The position numbers were made by a program, and so were the translations under genes. Below, in pieces: positions 26,199-38,425 of a stretch of 64,000 nucleotides of DNA. The stretch is from Macrostomum lignano (Eukaryota): the NCBI GenBank assembly GCA_002269645.1, contig NIVC01000487.1, forward strand, positions 376,893 through 440,892, given 5' to 3'. Every line of letters starts with the position of its first letter. Within the stretch, counting starts at the first letter, position 1. Under the pieces are notes generated by a model that was not told where the DNA came from, searched no databases, and was given only the letters and a program-made list of their open reading frames with translations.

Positions 26199-26750
26199 GT
26201 TACAGGGTTTCATTCGGTTTAGGGTCATTAATAGTTTCATAGGGTGTATGGTTAGGTAGGAAAGTCTAGTTTCTCTAGAGTCGTAGGGTTTATAGTTACG
26301 TTCATTATGTTTATGGTTAGGGTCATTAGGTTTATGGTTAGGGTCATTAGGTGTATGGTTAGGGTCACTAGGTTTATGGTTAGGGTCATTAGGTTTATGG
26401 TTAGGGTCATTAGGTGTATGGTTAGGGTCATTAGGTGTATGGTTAGGGTCATTAAGTGTATGGTTAGGGTCATTAGGTGTATGGTTAGGGTCATTAGGTT
26501 TATTGTTAGGGTCATTATGTGTATGGTTAGGGTCATTAGGTTTATGGTTAGGGTCATTATGTGTATGGTTAGGGTCATTAGGTTTATGGTTAGAGTCATT
26601 AGGTGTATGGTTGGGTCATTTGATTTATGGTTAGGGTCATTAGGTATGGTTAGGATCATGAAGTTTATGGTTAGGGCAATAGAATATATGGTTATGACCA
26701 TAAGGTTTATGTTTTGGGTCATAAGGTTCATGGTTATGGTGATGGGGTTA
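26199..26750. repeat. 21-bp minisatellite containing TTAGGG (tttatggttagggtcattagg)
   Basis: Tandem units with degenerate ends. Confidence 0.92.
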
Positions 26751-27336
26751 CTTACATGAGGCTAAGGTCAGCTAATACAGCTAGCAGCCTCAGCAGAGAA
26801 GGCCTGTTTCTAATTTTAGCTTCGCGAGTCAACTTTAGACTCAACTAAATTATCTGCTAGAAGCACCGAGCCGGCTTAAAGGTTCTGCACTTTTCCAGTA
26901 AACAGTATTTAGCCTGGCCGCTTCTCATGTATTACATGGTTAGTTGGTGCGTCTACGGACGTGACACAGGGCTCTGGCTAGCCTCGTGTCACTGACAGAC
27001 CCGGGGCCAGGGGGGGGGGCGAGAGGGCAGGGCAGCCCAGGGAGGACCTGGGGGCCGGAATGACTTTTAAAAGTTGCGGCAGGGAGGGCAGCATAATTAA
27101 TCGTGCCAATCAAGGCGACCCTTGGGGTAGATTTTCCCTACGCCTTATATCCCAAGTCAATTTGTTCAGCAGCCGATCCCGATCCCAGGAGTGGCAGCTG
27201 GTTCGTTTTTAGCGTTTCAAACTCTGTGCGCTTTTTTCATCTGTCTGCTTGCTGTTATTGCTGTCCCCACACCTTGGACTCTTAAAGACTTGGGTGAAGA
27301 CCTAGAAAGCAAGTTTTAAACTGCTGAAATCGGCGT

Positions 27337-27693
27337 GGAGATGATCAGAGATCGGAGATGATCAGAGATCGGAGATGATCAGAGATCGGAGATGATCAGA
27401 GATCGGAGATGATCAGAGATCGGAGATGATCAGAGATCGGAGATGATCAGAGATCGGAGATGATCAGAGATCGGAGATGATCAGAGATCGGAGATGATCA
27501 GAGATCGGAGATGATCAGAGATCGGAGATGATCAGAGATCGGAGATGATCAGAGATCGGAGATGATCAGAGATCGGAGATGATCAGAGATCGGAGATGAT
27601 CAGAGATCGGAGATGATCAGAGATCGGAGATGATCAGAGATCGGAGATGATCAGAGATCGGAGATGATCAGAGATCGGAGATGATCAGAGATC
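27337..27693. repeat. Perfect 17-bp minisatellite (ggagatgatcagagatc) x21
   Basis: 357 bp = 21 identical units. Confidence 0.97.
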
Positions 27694-28512
27694 CCCCCGA
27701 GGAACATTGGCGGCCAGAAGGACAGCCAGCGGAGCGAGTCGCAGAAAGGCCAATTGAAACAGCGGACGCGAGCAAACACTAAGCTGAGCCGAGATCCAAA
27801 TTGGCTTTTAAAAATCGGTCTGGACGCAGCGGGAAACTGGCTTTCCACGCCAGCTCACCCGGGAATCAATTGCTAACCCGGGCGGAACAATTTGCTCCGC
27901 AAAGATTGCAGCTCCGCTCGGGCCAGTGATTGATTTATCAGCAAATAGGTCGTCAGGGAAATTTTAAACAATTTCGGTTATTAATAGTCGCAAAAACTTA
28001 TCTGGATCTGAAAGCACCGGCTTTAATGCGATATTGTTTCTCGTCAATGAGACTTCCCATTTATCCCATCTTCTCTCCCCGCCTATTTCTCATGCAGCAC
28101 CGAGAAATCTCCCAGGGGGAATCGGAGCGGATGAAGATGGGATGGGGGAAGCTGCGACACTTCCTCCACCCGGATGGGGCGCCTCATCGGCTGGATTATT
28201 GTTCTTAGAAAATCTATTTGAGCTTGCATCGCATTCGCGGAACTCGAATATCCGGCTCGCCCCCCCCCAGCCCACCTTAAGTCGGAGCTCTGGGGGACAG
28301 GGCGGAGATCAGCAAATTCAAGTGCAAAATAAGCTGCATCAGATTTGCCAGCCAATGGGCGGCTCAGCAGGGCGTCATTGGCCTCGGAGGCGAGCATTTC
28401 AGAGGGGCGCAGGCCCGGGCGGCATAGAAGACCAAAGAGCTGGGCAGGCTGCGGCGGCAGGCAGATCTGTGGAAGCCTCCCTTTCTTCCTGACACATTCA
28501 GCACTAGCCAGG

Positions 28513-30024
28513 ATGCCTAGCCAAACTCGTTCCTCTCTTATCTTGCTGCTGCTGCTCGTTGCCATGGCAACAGCAGAGGCACTCAGAAGGACGCCGCGGG
28601 AGCAACCGGTCATCACCGACGGTGTTGACAGCGGCGCAGAGTTCGAGGACGCCTCCTCCTCGCCGCCGCCGTCGCCGCAGCAGCCGCCGCCAGCGGACTC
28701 GGTGTACATCGTGATCCTGGACGCCGGATCGTCGGGCACGCGGGCCGTGGCCTACCAGTTCCGCGTGAAGCGCTCCAGCCTCATCGGCCTGGAGTACATC
28801 AGCGTCTACAAGCGCAAGAGCGACCAGGGCCTGTCGAACTTTGAGCGCAATCCGCCCCGCTGCCGCAAGATGCTGCAGGACCTGCTCGGCGAGGTGGCCG
28901 ACGGCATCCCTCGGGAGGTGCGCGGAAAAACCGTGGCAATCCTGCGCGCCACCGCCGGCTTCCGCCTGATGAAAGACAGCGCCAGGGCGAAGATCGCCAA
29001 AGAGGCCCGCGACGTCCTTCGCCGGTCGGCGTTCCGCATTCCAAACAAGGACGCGGAGCTGGTCCGGATGCTGAGCGGCAGCGATGAGGCCAAGTACTCT
29101 TGGATCGCCGTCAATTACCTGCTGGGCAATTTCCAGGAGGAGGGCGCCGCCACCAAGCCCATTGTTGAGATGGGCGGCGGCTCGCTTCAGGTGGCCTTCG
29201 AGGACCCGAAATTGGCGGCGGCAGCTGACGGCGAGGGCGGCGGCGCCACCTTCCGACTGCACGGCGGGCGCACGTACGCGGTGCACACGCACAGCTACCT
29301 GGGCCTCGGCTTCAGGGAGTCTGTGCTCCGCATCATCGGCTACCAGCAGCCCGATTCCGAAGAGAAGGCCTGGGCGCAAGTCTCTACGCCGTGTCTGGCG
29401 CCGAATCTAGCGCTAAATTTCAGCTTCGGCTCGACGAACATCGGCGTGATGGGTGAATCAAGCGTTGGCGGCGAGCGCCGTGTGAGCATCTGCTCGGGTC
29501 TGGCCAGACGCCTCGTCCAGCAGCTTGATGTTCACGACGAAGTCGAACTGGCCGGCGACGGCGCCAACTGGCCGCTGTACGGGATCGGCAGCATCTACTT
29601 CCTGGCGCAGTTCCTGCAGCAGAGACGCCTGGTGCCGGACATCCGGCCCGACGAGGCCACCTGCCAGGCTATGGTGAGCCGCGGCCTCCGCTGCGGCGCC
29701 TTCGCTGGCACCGTGGGCGACTTCACCGCGGCAGCCCGGCAAGTGTGCAGCGACCCGCCGAGGGCTTCCCGCTTTCCGCCCTACTACTGCATCAGCACCT
29801 CCGTGGTGTCCGCCCTGCTCAGCCAGGGCCTGCGCCTGCCCGAAACCGCCAGGATCACCGTGCTGGGCAACAACGACGCTCTCGGCTGGAGCCTCGGCCT
29901 TGGCCTTGAATTTCTCGCCTCGGCGGAGTCGGGCGGCTCACCGTCGGCCAGTCCGAGGTGCGGCGACGTGGTCAGCTTAGCGATGGTTGCCATGATGATG
30001 CAGCTGCTCAGGAGGTTGAGCTGA
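28513..30024 (+). CDS. GDA1/CD39-family NTPDase (apyrase; ENTPD5/6-like), intronless, 503 aa
   Basis: Signal peptide MPSQTRSSLILLLLLVAMATAEA. Apyrase conserved regions: ACR1 VILDAGSSGTR, ACR2 ATAGFRL, ACR3 SGSDEAKYSWIAVNYLLG, ACR4 EMGGGSLQVAF, ACR5 LGWSLG. The ATG at 28513 is preferred over the track start at 28345. Confidence 0.93.
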   Translation: MPSQTRSSLILLLLLVAMATAEALRRTPREQPVITDGVDSGAEFEDASSSPPPSPQQPPPADSVYIVILDAGSSGTRAVAYQFRVKRSSLIGLEYISVYKRKSDQGLSNFERNPPRCRKMLQDLLGEVADGIPREVRGKTVAILRATAGFRLMKDSARAKIAKEARDVLRRSAFRIPNKDAELVRMLSGSDEAKYSWIAVNYLLGNFQEEGAATKPIVEMGGGSLQVAFEDPKLAAAADGEGGGATFRLHGGRTYAVHTHSYLGLGFRESVLRIIGYQQPDSEEKAWAQVSTPCLAPNLALNFSFGSTNIGVMGESSVGGERRVSICSGLARRLVQQLDVHDEVELAGDGANWPLYGIGSIYFLAQFLQQRRLVPDIRPDEATCQAMVSRGLRCGAFAGTVGDFTAAARQVCSDPPRASRFPPYYCISTSVVSALLSQGLRLPETARITVLGNNDALGWSLGLGLEFLASAESGGSPSASPRCGDVVSLAMVAMMMQLLRRLS

Positions 30025-30042
30025 CTGAGCCAGCTGGCAAAG

Positions 30043-30400
30043 AGATAGAGGGGGAGAGAGAGAGAGGGAGAGAGGGAGAGAGGGAGAGAGAGGGAGAGGG
30101 AGAGAGGGAGAGAGGGAGAGAGAGGGAGAGAGGGAGAGAGGGAGAGAGGGAGAGAGGGAGAGAGGGAGAGAGAGGGAGAGAGAGGGAGAGAGAGAGAGAG
30201 GGAGAGAGGCAGAGAGGGAGAGAGAGGGAGAGAGAGGGAGAGAGAGAGAGGGAGAGAGAGGGAGAGGGAGAGAGGGAGAGAGGGAGAGAGGGAGAGAGGG
30301 AGAGAGGGAGAGAGGGAGAGAGAGGGAGAGAGAGGGAGAGAGAGGGAGAGAGGTAGAGAGAGGGAGAGAGGTAGAGAGAGGGAGAGAGGTAGAGAGAGGA
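30043..30400. repeat. Purine-only GA/GGA tract
   Basis: Nearly pure A/G (gggagagaga units) just after the NTPDase stop. Confidence 0.93.
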
Positions 30401-30519
30401 GAGCCTCCATTCCCAGGCACTGACACGGTAAAAGATCAGGAGCAAAGAGTTTGAATTGTTATAGTTGCCGATATTTCGAAATTATTATATTACTTCGTCA
30501 AGGAAAGTAAAAAGAAAGA

Positions 30520-30742
30520 AGAGGGAGAGAGAGGGAAAAGGGGAGAGAAGGAGAGAGAGAGAGAGAGGGAGAGAGGGAGAGTGTGAGAGAGGGAGAGAGG
30601 GAGAGAGAGGGAGAGTGTGAAAGAGAGAGAGAGAGAGGGGGAGAGAGGGAGAGGGAGAGAGGGAGAGAGAGGGAGAGAGAGGGAGAGGGGGAGAGGGAGA
30701 GAGAGGGAGAGAGAGGGAGAGGGGGAGAGGGAGAGAGGGAGA
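30520..30742. repeat. Second purine-rich GA tract
   Basis: Same composition as 30043-30400. Confidence 0.9.
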
Positions 30743-32833
30743 CGAGGCTGGATCTCGAGACTGATGTCTCACAGCCTGCTCCGCCCAGCCAGCTAAATGA
30801 GTAGAAAAAGTTCAGACCCCAACAAGTTGGAAACAGATTTGGGAGGAATTGCAATTAACAACTAACCGACAGATCTCAAAGCGAGTGCCGAGCCTGCCCC
30901 CCCCCCCGGCCTGAGCAGGAGTTCAAGTGCAAACGGGAAAGTTTTTAAAAAGTACAGCCTCCATTCTCTTTGAATGCCTCGAACAAAAAATGTTCGCTTT
31001 GAGGGGGAGGGGAGAGTGATGTTAGGGTCTATCTAGATCCCAAGGGGAAATCGCACAAGAGTCCCACAAAAGGGTTATTTTTCTCATCTTCACTGCCGGC
31101 GGAGGGGGTCACACGAGGTTCCCAAGAGGCGACCCCCCTCTGTCTGCGCCAGCTCAGATGCACCCACAGCTGTACCCTGGATACCGGATTCTGTTGCACT
31201 GATTTAAGCTCCGTTATTATAACCATCAGGTGGAGGTTTTCGAGTCTTCATAGCGCCTAAAAAAATTATCTCTATTTTCAAACAAAATTTTCTATTAACT
31301 TTTCTAGCAGCACGAGCGGAAGTGAAAATTATTACAGGAAAATCAGCAAAACTGCGGGACAGATAGTGAATATTAATTATATTAAATTGCTAACCAAACC
31401 GTGTACATAATCTAAATAAGTCATATTTAAATTGAATTATTACAAAAAATATGTTAAATCTTGTGATATACAAATACCTTGGATATGCTTCATACCTGTT
31501 TGCTATTTGCATTGCAGATCTGTGTACATAAGCCTGTACCCTCTTGCTTATTATAATCTTGTTTATTCTGTCAAGCTTCATACCGCTATTGCATCAGCTT
31601 TAACCATAGGCCAAGTTTTCCAGAGAGCAATGCAACGCAGATGAAGAATGAATTAAGTACTTCAGCTGCAGCAAAACCAAGCTATAGATCAGGCCATCTC
31701 TGAAATAAATGCACCAAGCTTCGTTCTAGCATACGATTGTATCTATCTATCTCTGTTGGGTCGAATTTCTAGATGTACATCTATTGACTGTGCACCAGTG
31801 CAGTGTTCCTTGGACTTCGGCTTTTTGTCACCGGATGTGATAGTTTATTTGCATCAAAATGGAATCATGCAAAGCATACACACAGGCACAGGCCAGCTCG
31901 ATTCTAATGTGCAACAAATTTCAAACAAACTGAAGTAGTTTAAAAAAGGGCAAAGTTTATTTCTAACAAAAACAAGATGTAAATAAATGAAATTTTTCTG
32001 CGTCAAAACTTTTCAAATTCGATTTCAGAAAACTAAGCACGACGTAGATCATGCGTTCGAACTTTCCTGCCGCATGAATACTGAGCTCGGGCTCAATTAA
32101 ATTCGCGCCAGATGTGAAGATTTTATCCAGTTTTAAAACGAGACCAAGTTTGTAAGAATCAGTTTTGCTATTCTGAAATTATCGAGAATTTTGTGCATGA
32201 GGTTTCTTCGCGTAGCACAGTCGCCTGGGACCCATATCTCTGGGATGGGGGTGTCACTTCCCCTGGGCTAGGAATGTAAAGTTTGGTGGGAGGGTGGCAA
32301 CAAAAGTGCTTCCGAGACACAAAGTTATGGGGAATATTAAGGCATGGAAGATGGTAAAGTCCGGAGGGGAAGCTTGGGAAAATATGAAATTTGGGGGGGG
32401 GCGCTTATAAAAAGTGCGGCATCGATTGAATTTTAACTGTGCCTGGATGAGCAAATGCAATTATCAGCCATCTGTCAGCTTGAGTTTGCTCCAGCCTCAT
32501 CACCGCATAATATATCAAAGCTGAGGTTAAGCCTAAATGATAAAACCGATGTTACAGTCTACACTTGCTTTTTATTGTTGCATACAACACTATCTGGAGC
32601 TTTTAATGCGCCTGCCCCAATTAAATATGCGAGCTACAGTTTAGGAATGTCCGATCCAAAAGCACAAACAGTGAACAGCAAATCTTATACCCTTCCCACG
32701 GTCTTAAGCCAAACAGGAAATTTGCATGCACACTTGATGCAGACACATTAACGCGTTTGACTCTTGTGCTATGACCCCTGGTTCGATCCCACATCCATTT
32801 GGAGCTGTTGCACAAAAATTGACGGATGGGTTC

Positions 32834-33357
<524 letters not shown>

Positions 33358-33434
33358 CTAAGACACTAAGACACTAAGACACGGTACACCCTGTGTGAGC
33401 GTGTGCATGAGTACAGGATACAGGAGTCAGCGGA

Positions 33435-35172
33435 ATGGGCAGTTCAATTGCCTCAGCGCTGGTTTCGGGACGATGCCGCCGAAGGCGTTGCGCCAGGGTG
33501 GCCGCAAGCCTCCTGCGAATCCAGGCCTGTATAACTAAACACAGAGTGATGAATTATATATAAACCCTGCTGGTTGCAATCACAATTAAAAAGGCGTTTA
33601 AAAAAGCATTTTAGAAAGCAATTTAGAGAAGAGTGAGCTATTATTTCAAAAATCTGCAATAGGAAGAGCAACTGTTTGAGTCGCGTGACAGCTGGCTGTT
33701 GAATCGCACAAAATGATGCATTTGTCACTTGCCAGAGCCGGGTGCTCTCGTTGGCTTTCATATTTTCTAGTTAAAGAAGACTCAAGGCTAAGGCTTAAAA
33801 CCCTAACCTGTGTTTTGTACTAATAAGTGGACGATGCCATTCCGAATTTCTCCCTGTAGCTATTCATGTATCAGCTTGTCAACCGTAGGAAGACAGCCAG
33901 ACAGATAGACAGTGCGCATCAGTGCTTCTCTGTGCTCTGCTCTGTGTGGTCTCATTGATTTTTAGCATAATAGATTTTTTCCAACTCTTCCAAGATAGAA
34001 GGGCTAGGAGAGAGAGAGAGACAGAAATTGCTGAATGAATAGAAACTTATCTAATCAAGGCAGTTTCATTTTTTCTGTTCTACAGAGGCATGCAAGAAAA
34101 TTTAAGGTCAATAAAATATTATTGGAATGTAAAATACTGAGATTAGACTTGGGGTCATTAGTATATAGTTTATGAGTCAGGTGGCTGTGGAGTGAGGTGG
34201 ATACGGCGTGAGGTGGATACGGAGTGAGGTGGCTGTGAAGTGAGGTGGCTGCGGAGTGAGGTGGCTGCGGAGTGAGGTGGCTGTGGAATGAGATGGATAC
34301 GGAGTGAGGTGGCTGCAGAGTGAGGTGGCTGCGGAATGAGGTGGCTGCGGAGTGAGGTGGCTGTGGAATGAGGTGGCTGTGGAATGAGGTGGCTGCGGAG
34401 TGAGGTGGCTGTGGAATGAGGTGGATACGGAGTGAGGTGGCTGTGGAATGAGATGAATGCGGAGTGAGGTGGCTGCAGAGTGAGGTGGCTGCGGAATGAG
34501 GTGGCTGCGGAGTGAGGTGGCTGTGGAATGAGGTGGCTGTGGAATGAGGTGGCTGCGAAGTGAGGTGGCTGTGGAATGAGGTGGATACGGAGTGAGGTGG
34601 CTGTAGAATGAGATGGATACGGAGTGAGGTGGCTGCAGAGTGAGGTGGCTGCGGAGTGAGGTGGCTGCAGAGTGAGGTGGCTGCGGAGTGAGGTGGCTGT
34701 GGAGTGAGGTGGCTTCGAAGTTGGGTGGCTTCGGTACAGAGGCTGTAAACTGTAAACTAAAGTCGGCGTACAGTTTTCAGCTTGGGAATTAAAATGCATG
34801 AAACAAATAAAAATACCAAAATCTAAATAACCTACCCAGCTAATAGATCCAAGTGACTGTAATCTTGCCGAACAAGCGATCTACATCTAATTCGATTTAG
34901 CCGCGCATGCGAGCTGGCGGACAGCATTAAACTGCGAGGCGTCGGTGCGAATTATTAGTTAGCCGGCCATGATCGCGGGGAGAGAGGGAGAGGCCTGCTT
35001 TAATGGCAAAAACGGGGACAACTTTATCGACTGTAGAATATTCGCTGCACACCGCTGAACCCTCCAAGTCCTGCCCCTCTGCATGCTGGCACCCGCCAAC
35101 CCCAATACCTACAGCACTTGACCCAGACTGGGAAAATAGGCAGAAAAATCCTCGCGCCCCACTTGTTAGCCG
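33435..35172 (+). CDS. Tentative 5' exons of the orphan gene (33435-33545, 34086-34106, 35037-35172)
   Basis: MGSSIASALVSGRCRRRRCARVAASLLRIQACITKHR | RHARKFK | NIRCTPLNPP...APHLLA(g). Phases are compatible with the next exon and the acceptor at 34085 (ttttttctgttctacag) is strong, but the donors are weak. Confidence 0.25.
34183..34712. repeat. 16-bp minisatellite (ggagtgaggtggctgt), array 1
   Basis: Tandem units. Confidence 0.93.
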
Positions 35173-35651
35173 GTGTTTTATGGCAGTAGAATGCGCCTTC
35201 AATTCGGCTTGATATTTGGCTACAGCAGAACACAGCGAATGTCCCTTATCAATTCGAAACTTGAATAGGATGATCTTAGCCAGATAGACACTGGCAGCTG
35301 TGTTCAACGTCGACTTCCGAAATAAATAAATAGCAAAGTAAAGTGCATCGTAAATATAGTTCAAGCCTAGCTAATGTTTATAACTCGAGTCTAATATTGA
35401 TAAGACTGCATGTGTAAGCTCGCGGCAGTATTTTTAGACGCAATTTCGGTAGGCTGGAAAATGCCATAGACAATTCAGCTATTCTTGCGCCAATTTAGGT
35501 AGCAGCATCTGATGCATAGAAACTCGCATATTAGGAGAGACCCACCTTGTTGGCGCACCTCGAGGCCAAGTGCGAATTGCTCTATTTATTTTTATGAAGC
35601 TTTATCGGCCGAAATGTGCTGGCTAACTTATTTGGTTGCATTTTTTTGAAG

Positions 35652-35839
35652 AGAAATTCCCCCTGCCCAGCCAAATCCCTGCTGCCATGCGGCGAGGCCT
35701 TCTCCCGCCTGTTTCAAACAGGCGAGGACCGCCCGTAGGCTTGCAACAGCCTGATAATTGCTCTGCTTCTAATGGACCGGAGCTTGAATCCAGCGACGGC
35801 CAGCACATGGGCAACAACGTCAACAAGAATGACACTTCG
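35652..35839 (+). CDS. Orphan multi-exon gene, internal exon
   Basis: Acceptor tttttttgaag|, open frame KFPLPSQIPAAMRRG...NKNDTS, strong donor tcg|gtgagt (phase 0). Confidence 0.55.
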
Positions 35840-35879
35840 GTGAGTTTTTATTAGCATTTCAAGATGGCTGCGAAGTTTT

Positions 35880-36396
35880 GGAGTGAGGTGGGTGCGGAGT
35901 GAGGTGGATGCGGAGTGAGGTGGGTGCGAAGTGAGGTGGCTGTGGAGTGAGGTGGCTGTGGAGTGAGGTGGATACGGAGTGAGGTGGCTGTGGAGTGAGG
36001 TGGCTGCGGAGTGAGGTGACCGCGGAGTGAGGTGGATCTGGAGTGGGGTGCATGAATACGGAGTGAGGTGGACGGAGTGAGGTGGATGTGGAGTGAGGTG
36101 GCTGTGGAGTGAGGTGGCTGTGGAGTGAGGTGGCTGCGGAGTGAGGTGGCCGCGGAGTGAGGTGGATCTGGAGTGGGGTGCATGAATACGGAGTGAGGTG
36201 GACGGAGTGAGGTGGATGTGGAGTGAGGTGGATGTGGAGTGAGGTGGCTGTGGAGTGAGGTGGCTGCGGAGTGAGGTGGCCGCGGAGTGAGGTGGATCTG
36301 GAGTGGGGTGAATGAATACGGAGTGAGGTGGACGGAGTGAGGTGGATGTGGAGTGAGGTGGATGTGGAGTGAGGTGGCTGTGGAGTGAGGTGGCTG
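35880..36396. repeat. 16-bp minisatellite (ggagtgaggtggctgt), array 2
   Basis: Same family and orientation as 34183-34712. Confidence 0.93.
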
Positions 36397-36768
36397 GGTG
36401 AATCTAATCGAGAGGACACCGAAGTCTCATGCAGTAGACTTCTATGCTGAAAAACTGCCGCGTCAAAGAGCAAAGAGCTGATTTAATTCTTGCCTCCCCT
36501 GTTGCTGAAATTATTAGGCTACATAATAAAAATGATTTCAATATAAATGCAACTAAATGATATTCTGCCGGTCGGAACGAAAAAAGTTATGAATTTTTTG
36601 TCTATTCGATCCAATTAGGCAAAGTGTAGAGCAGAATTGAGATAAGCGATGAGCTGCTGCCCTGGCCGTGAAATGTTTGATCTAGGAGACAGATTTTTTT
36701 AGAGTAAATTAGCCACATATCCAATCAGTTTTATCTTGAAATGAAAGCTTCCGCTTGGGTCATTTCAG

Positions 36769-36832
36769 GACATTGACGAGACGGAATCAGTGGAATTGTG
36801 GAGCGGCTTCATTGAAGGCCAGGTCGAAGTTG
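36769..36832 (+). CDS. Orphan gene, internal exon
   Basis: catttcag|GAC...: DIDETESVELWSGFIEGQVEV(g)|gtgggt, phase 1. Confidence 0.55.
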
Positions 36833-36909
36833 GTGGGTTTAAAGGCTTATATTTAGAAATTTTCTTACTGCAATTTAGCCCTACAACAATGTTTGAACTT
36901 TTCCTGCAG

Positions 36910-36995
36910 ATCTGGATGCAGTAAAGAGCGAAGTGTCGCGCAGAAGTGTCTACCAGAGGGCGTTTTTCATTGAGGATGACGATGAAGATGATCTG
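36910..36995 (+). CDS. Orphan gene, internal acidic exon
   Basis: 77-bp intron ending ttcctgcag|; (D)LDAVKSEVSRRSVYQRAFFIEDDDEDDL|gttcgt, phase 0. Confidence 0.6.
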
Positions 36996-37061
36996 GTTCG
37001 TTTTTGTAACTTTTTCTGCTCCAGAAATGTATATAGTTATCTGATATAAATGGGGACAAGA

Positions 37062-37997
37062 CTGATTGGGACTCTGAATCACTTGTCTAGGAGACTGATT
37101 CACCTGTATAGGAGACTGATTCACCTGTCAAGGAGACTGATTCACCTGTCTAGGAGACTGATTCACCTGTCTAGGAGACTGATTCACCTGTCTAGGAGAC
37201 TGATTCACCTGTCTAGGAGACTGATTCACCTAGCTAGGAGACTGATTCACCTAGCTAGGAAAATGACTCACCTGTCTAGGAGACTGATTCACCTGTCTAG
37301 GAGACTGATTCACCTGTCTAGAAGACTGATTCACCTGTCTGGAAGACTGATTCACCTAGCTAGGAAAATGACTCACCTGTCTAGAAGACTGATTCACCTG
37401 TCTAGGAGACTGATTCACCTGTCTAGGAGACTGATTCACCTAGCTAGGAGACTGATTCACCTAGCTAGGAAAATGACTCACCTGTCTAGGAGACTGATTC
37501 ACCTGTCTAGGAGACTGATTCACCTAGCTAGGAAAATGACTCACCTGTCTAGGAGACTGATTCACCTGTCTAGGAGACTGATTCACCTGTCTAGGAGACT
37601 GATTCACCTGTCTAGAAGACTGATTCACCTGTCTAGGAGACTGATTAACCTGTCTAGGAAACCGATTCACCTGTATAGGAGACTGATTCACCTGTCTAGG
37701 AGACTGATTCACCTAGCTAGGAGACTGACTCACCTGTCTAGAAGACTGATTCACCTGTCTAGGAGACTGATTCACCTGTCTAGGAAACCGATTAACCTGT
37801 ATAGGAGACTGATTCACCTGTCTAGGAGACTGATTCACCTGTCTAGGAGACTGATTAAACTGTCTAGGAGACTGATTCACCTGTCTAGGAGACTGATTAA
37901 ACTGTCTAGGAGACTGATTCACCTGTCTAGGAAACCGATTCACCTGTCTAGGAGACTGATTCACCTGTCTAGGAAACCGATTCACCTGTCTAGGAGA
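37062..37997. repeat. 21-bp minisatellite (gactgattcacctgtctagga), intronic
   Basis: About 44 tandem units. Confidence 0.95.
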
Positions 37998-38425
37998 CTT
38001 TTAGTTTACCCGAACAAAAGGTACGAGTTAACTGGTTGAGTTAATATTTTTAAGAAGTTTTCAGAATCGATTTGGGCCACTAATATCAAGGTGCGTAGTT
38101 CAGAGAGCGTAAAAATTTCAGCTATCGAGGTGTTGTTGGAACTTCAAAGCCGCCCGTTTACCTGTAGAGTTGTTTATATTCGATAAAATAGGCCAATTAA
38201 AAAGTTCGACACGCCTAAAAACTGCGCACTCATTCAAAAGTTTTGATCGTACTCCTCTGGAAACAGAAAAACTGTATATAACTAGTCTGGCTGTACTTTT
38301 AAACATTTGGAGAAGTTATAATGCGCGAGGCTTACCGTGTGTTTTCGGATCAACCAAGAGAAAGTAGAAATAATAAGATTATTTCCACACTTTTCGCTCA
38401 CTCAACTCTACTCTTGTCGGATTAG

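Noticed and set aside
28345-28512. Upstream start of the NTPDase ORF given in the track
   Set aside because: The ATG at 28513 directly precedes a clear signal peptide; the extra 56 codons look like UTR.
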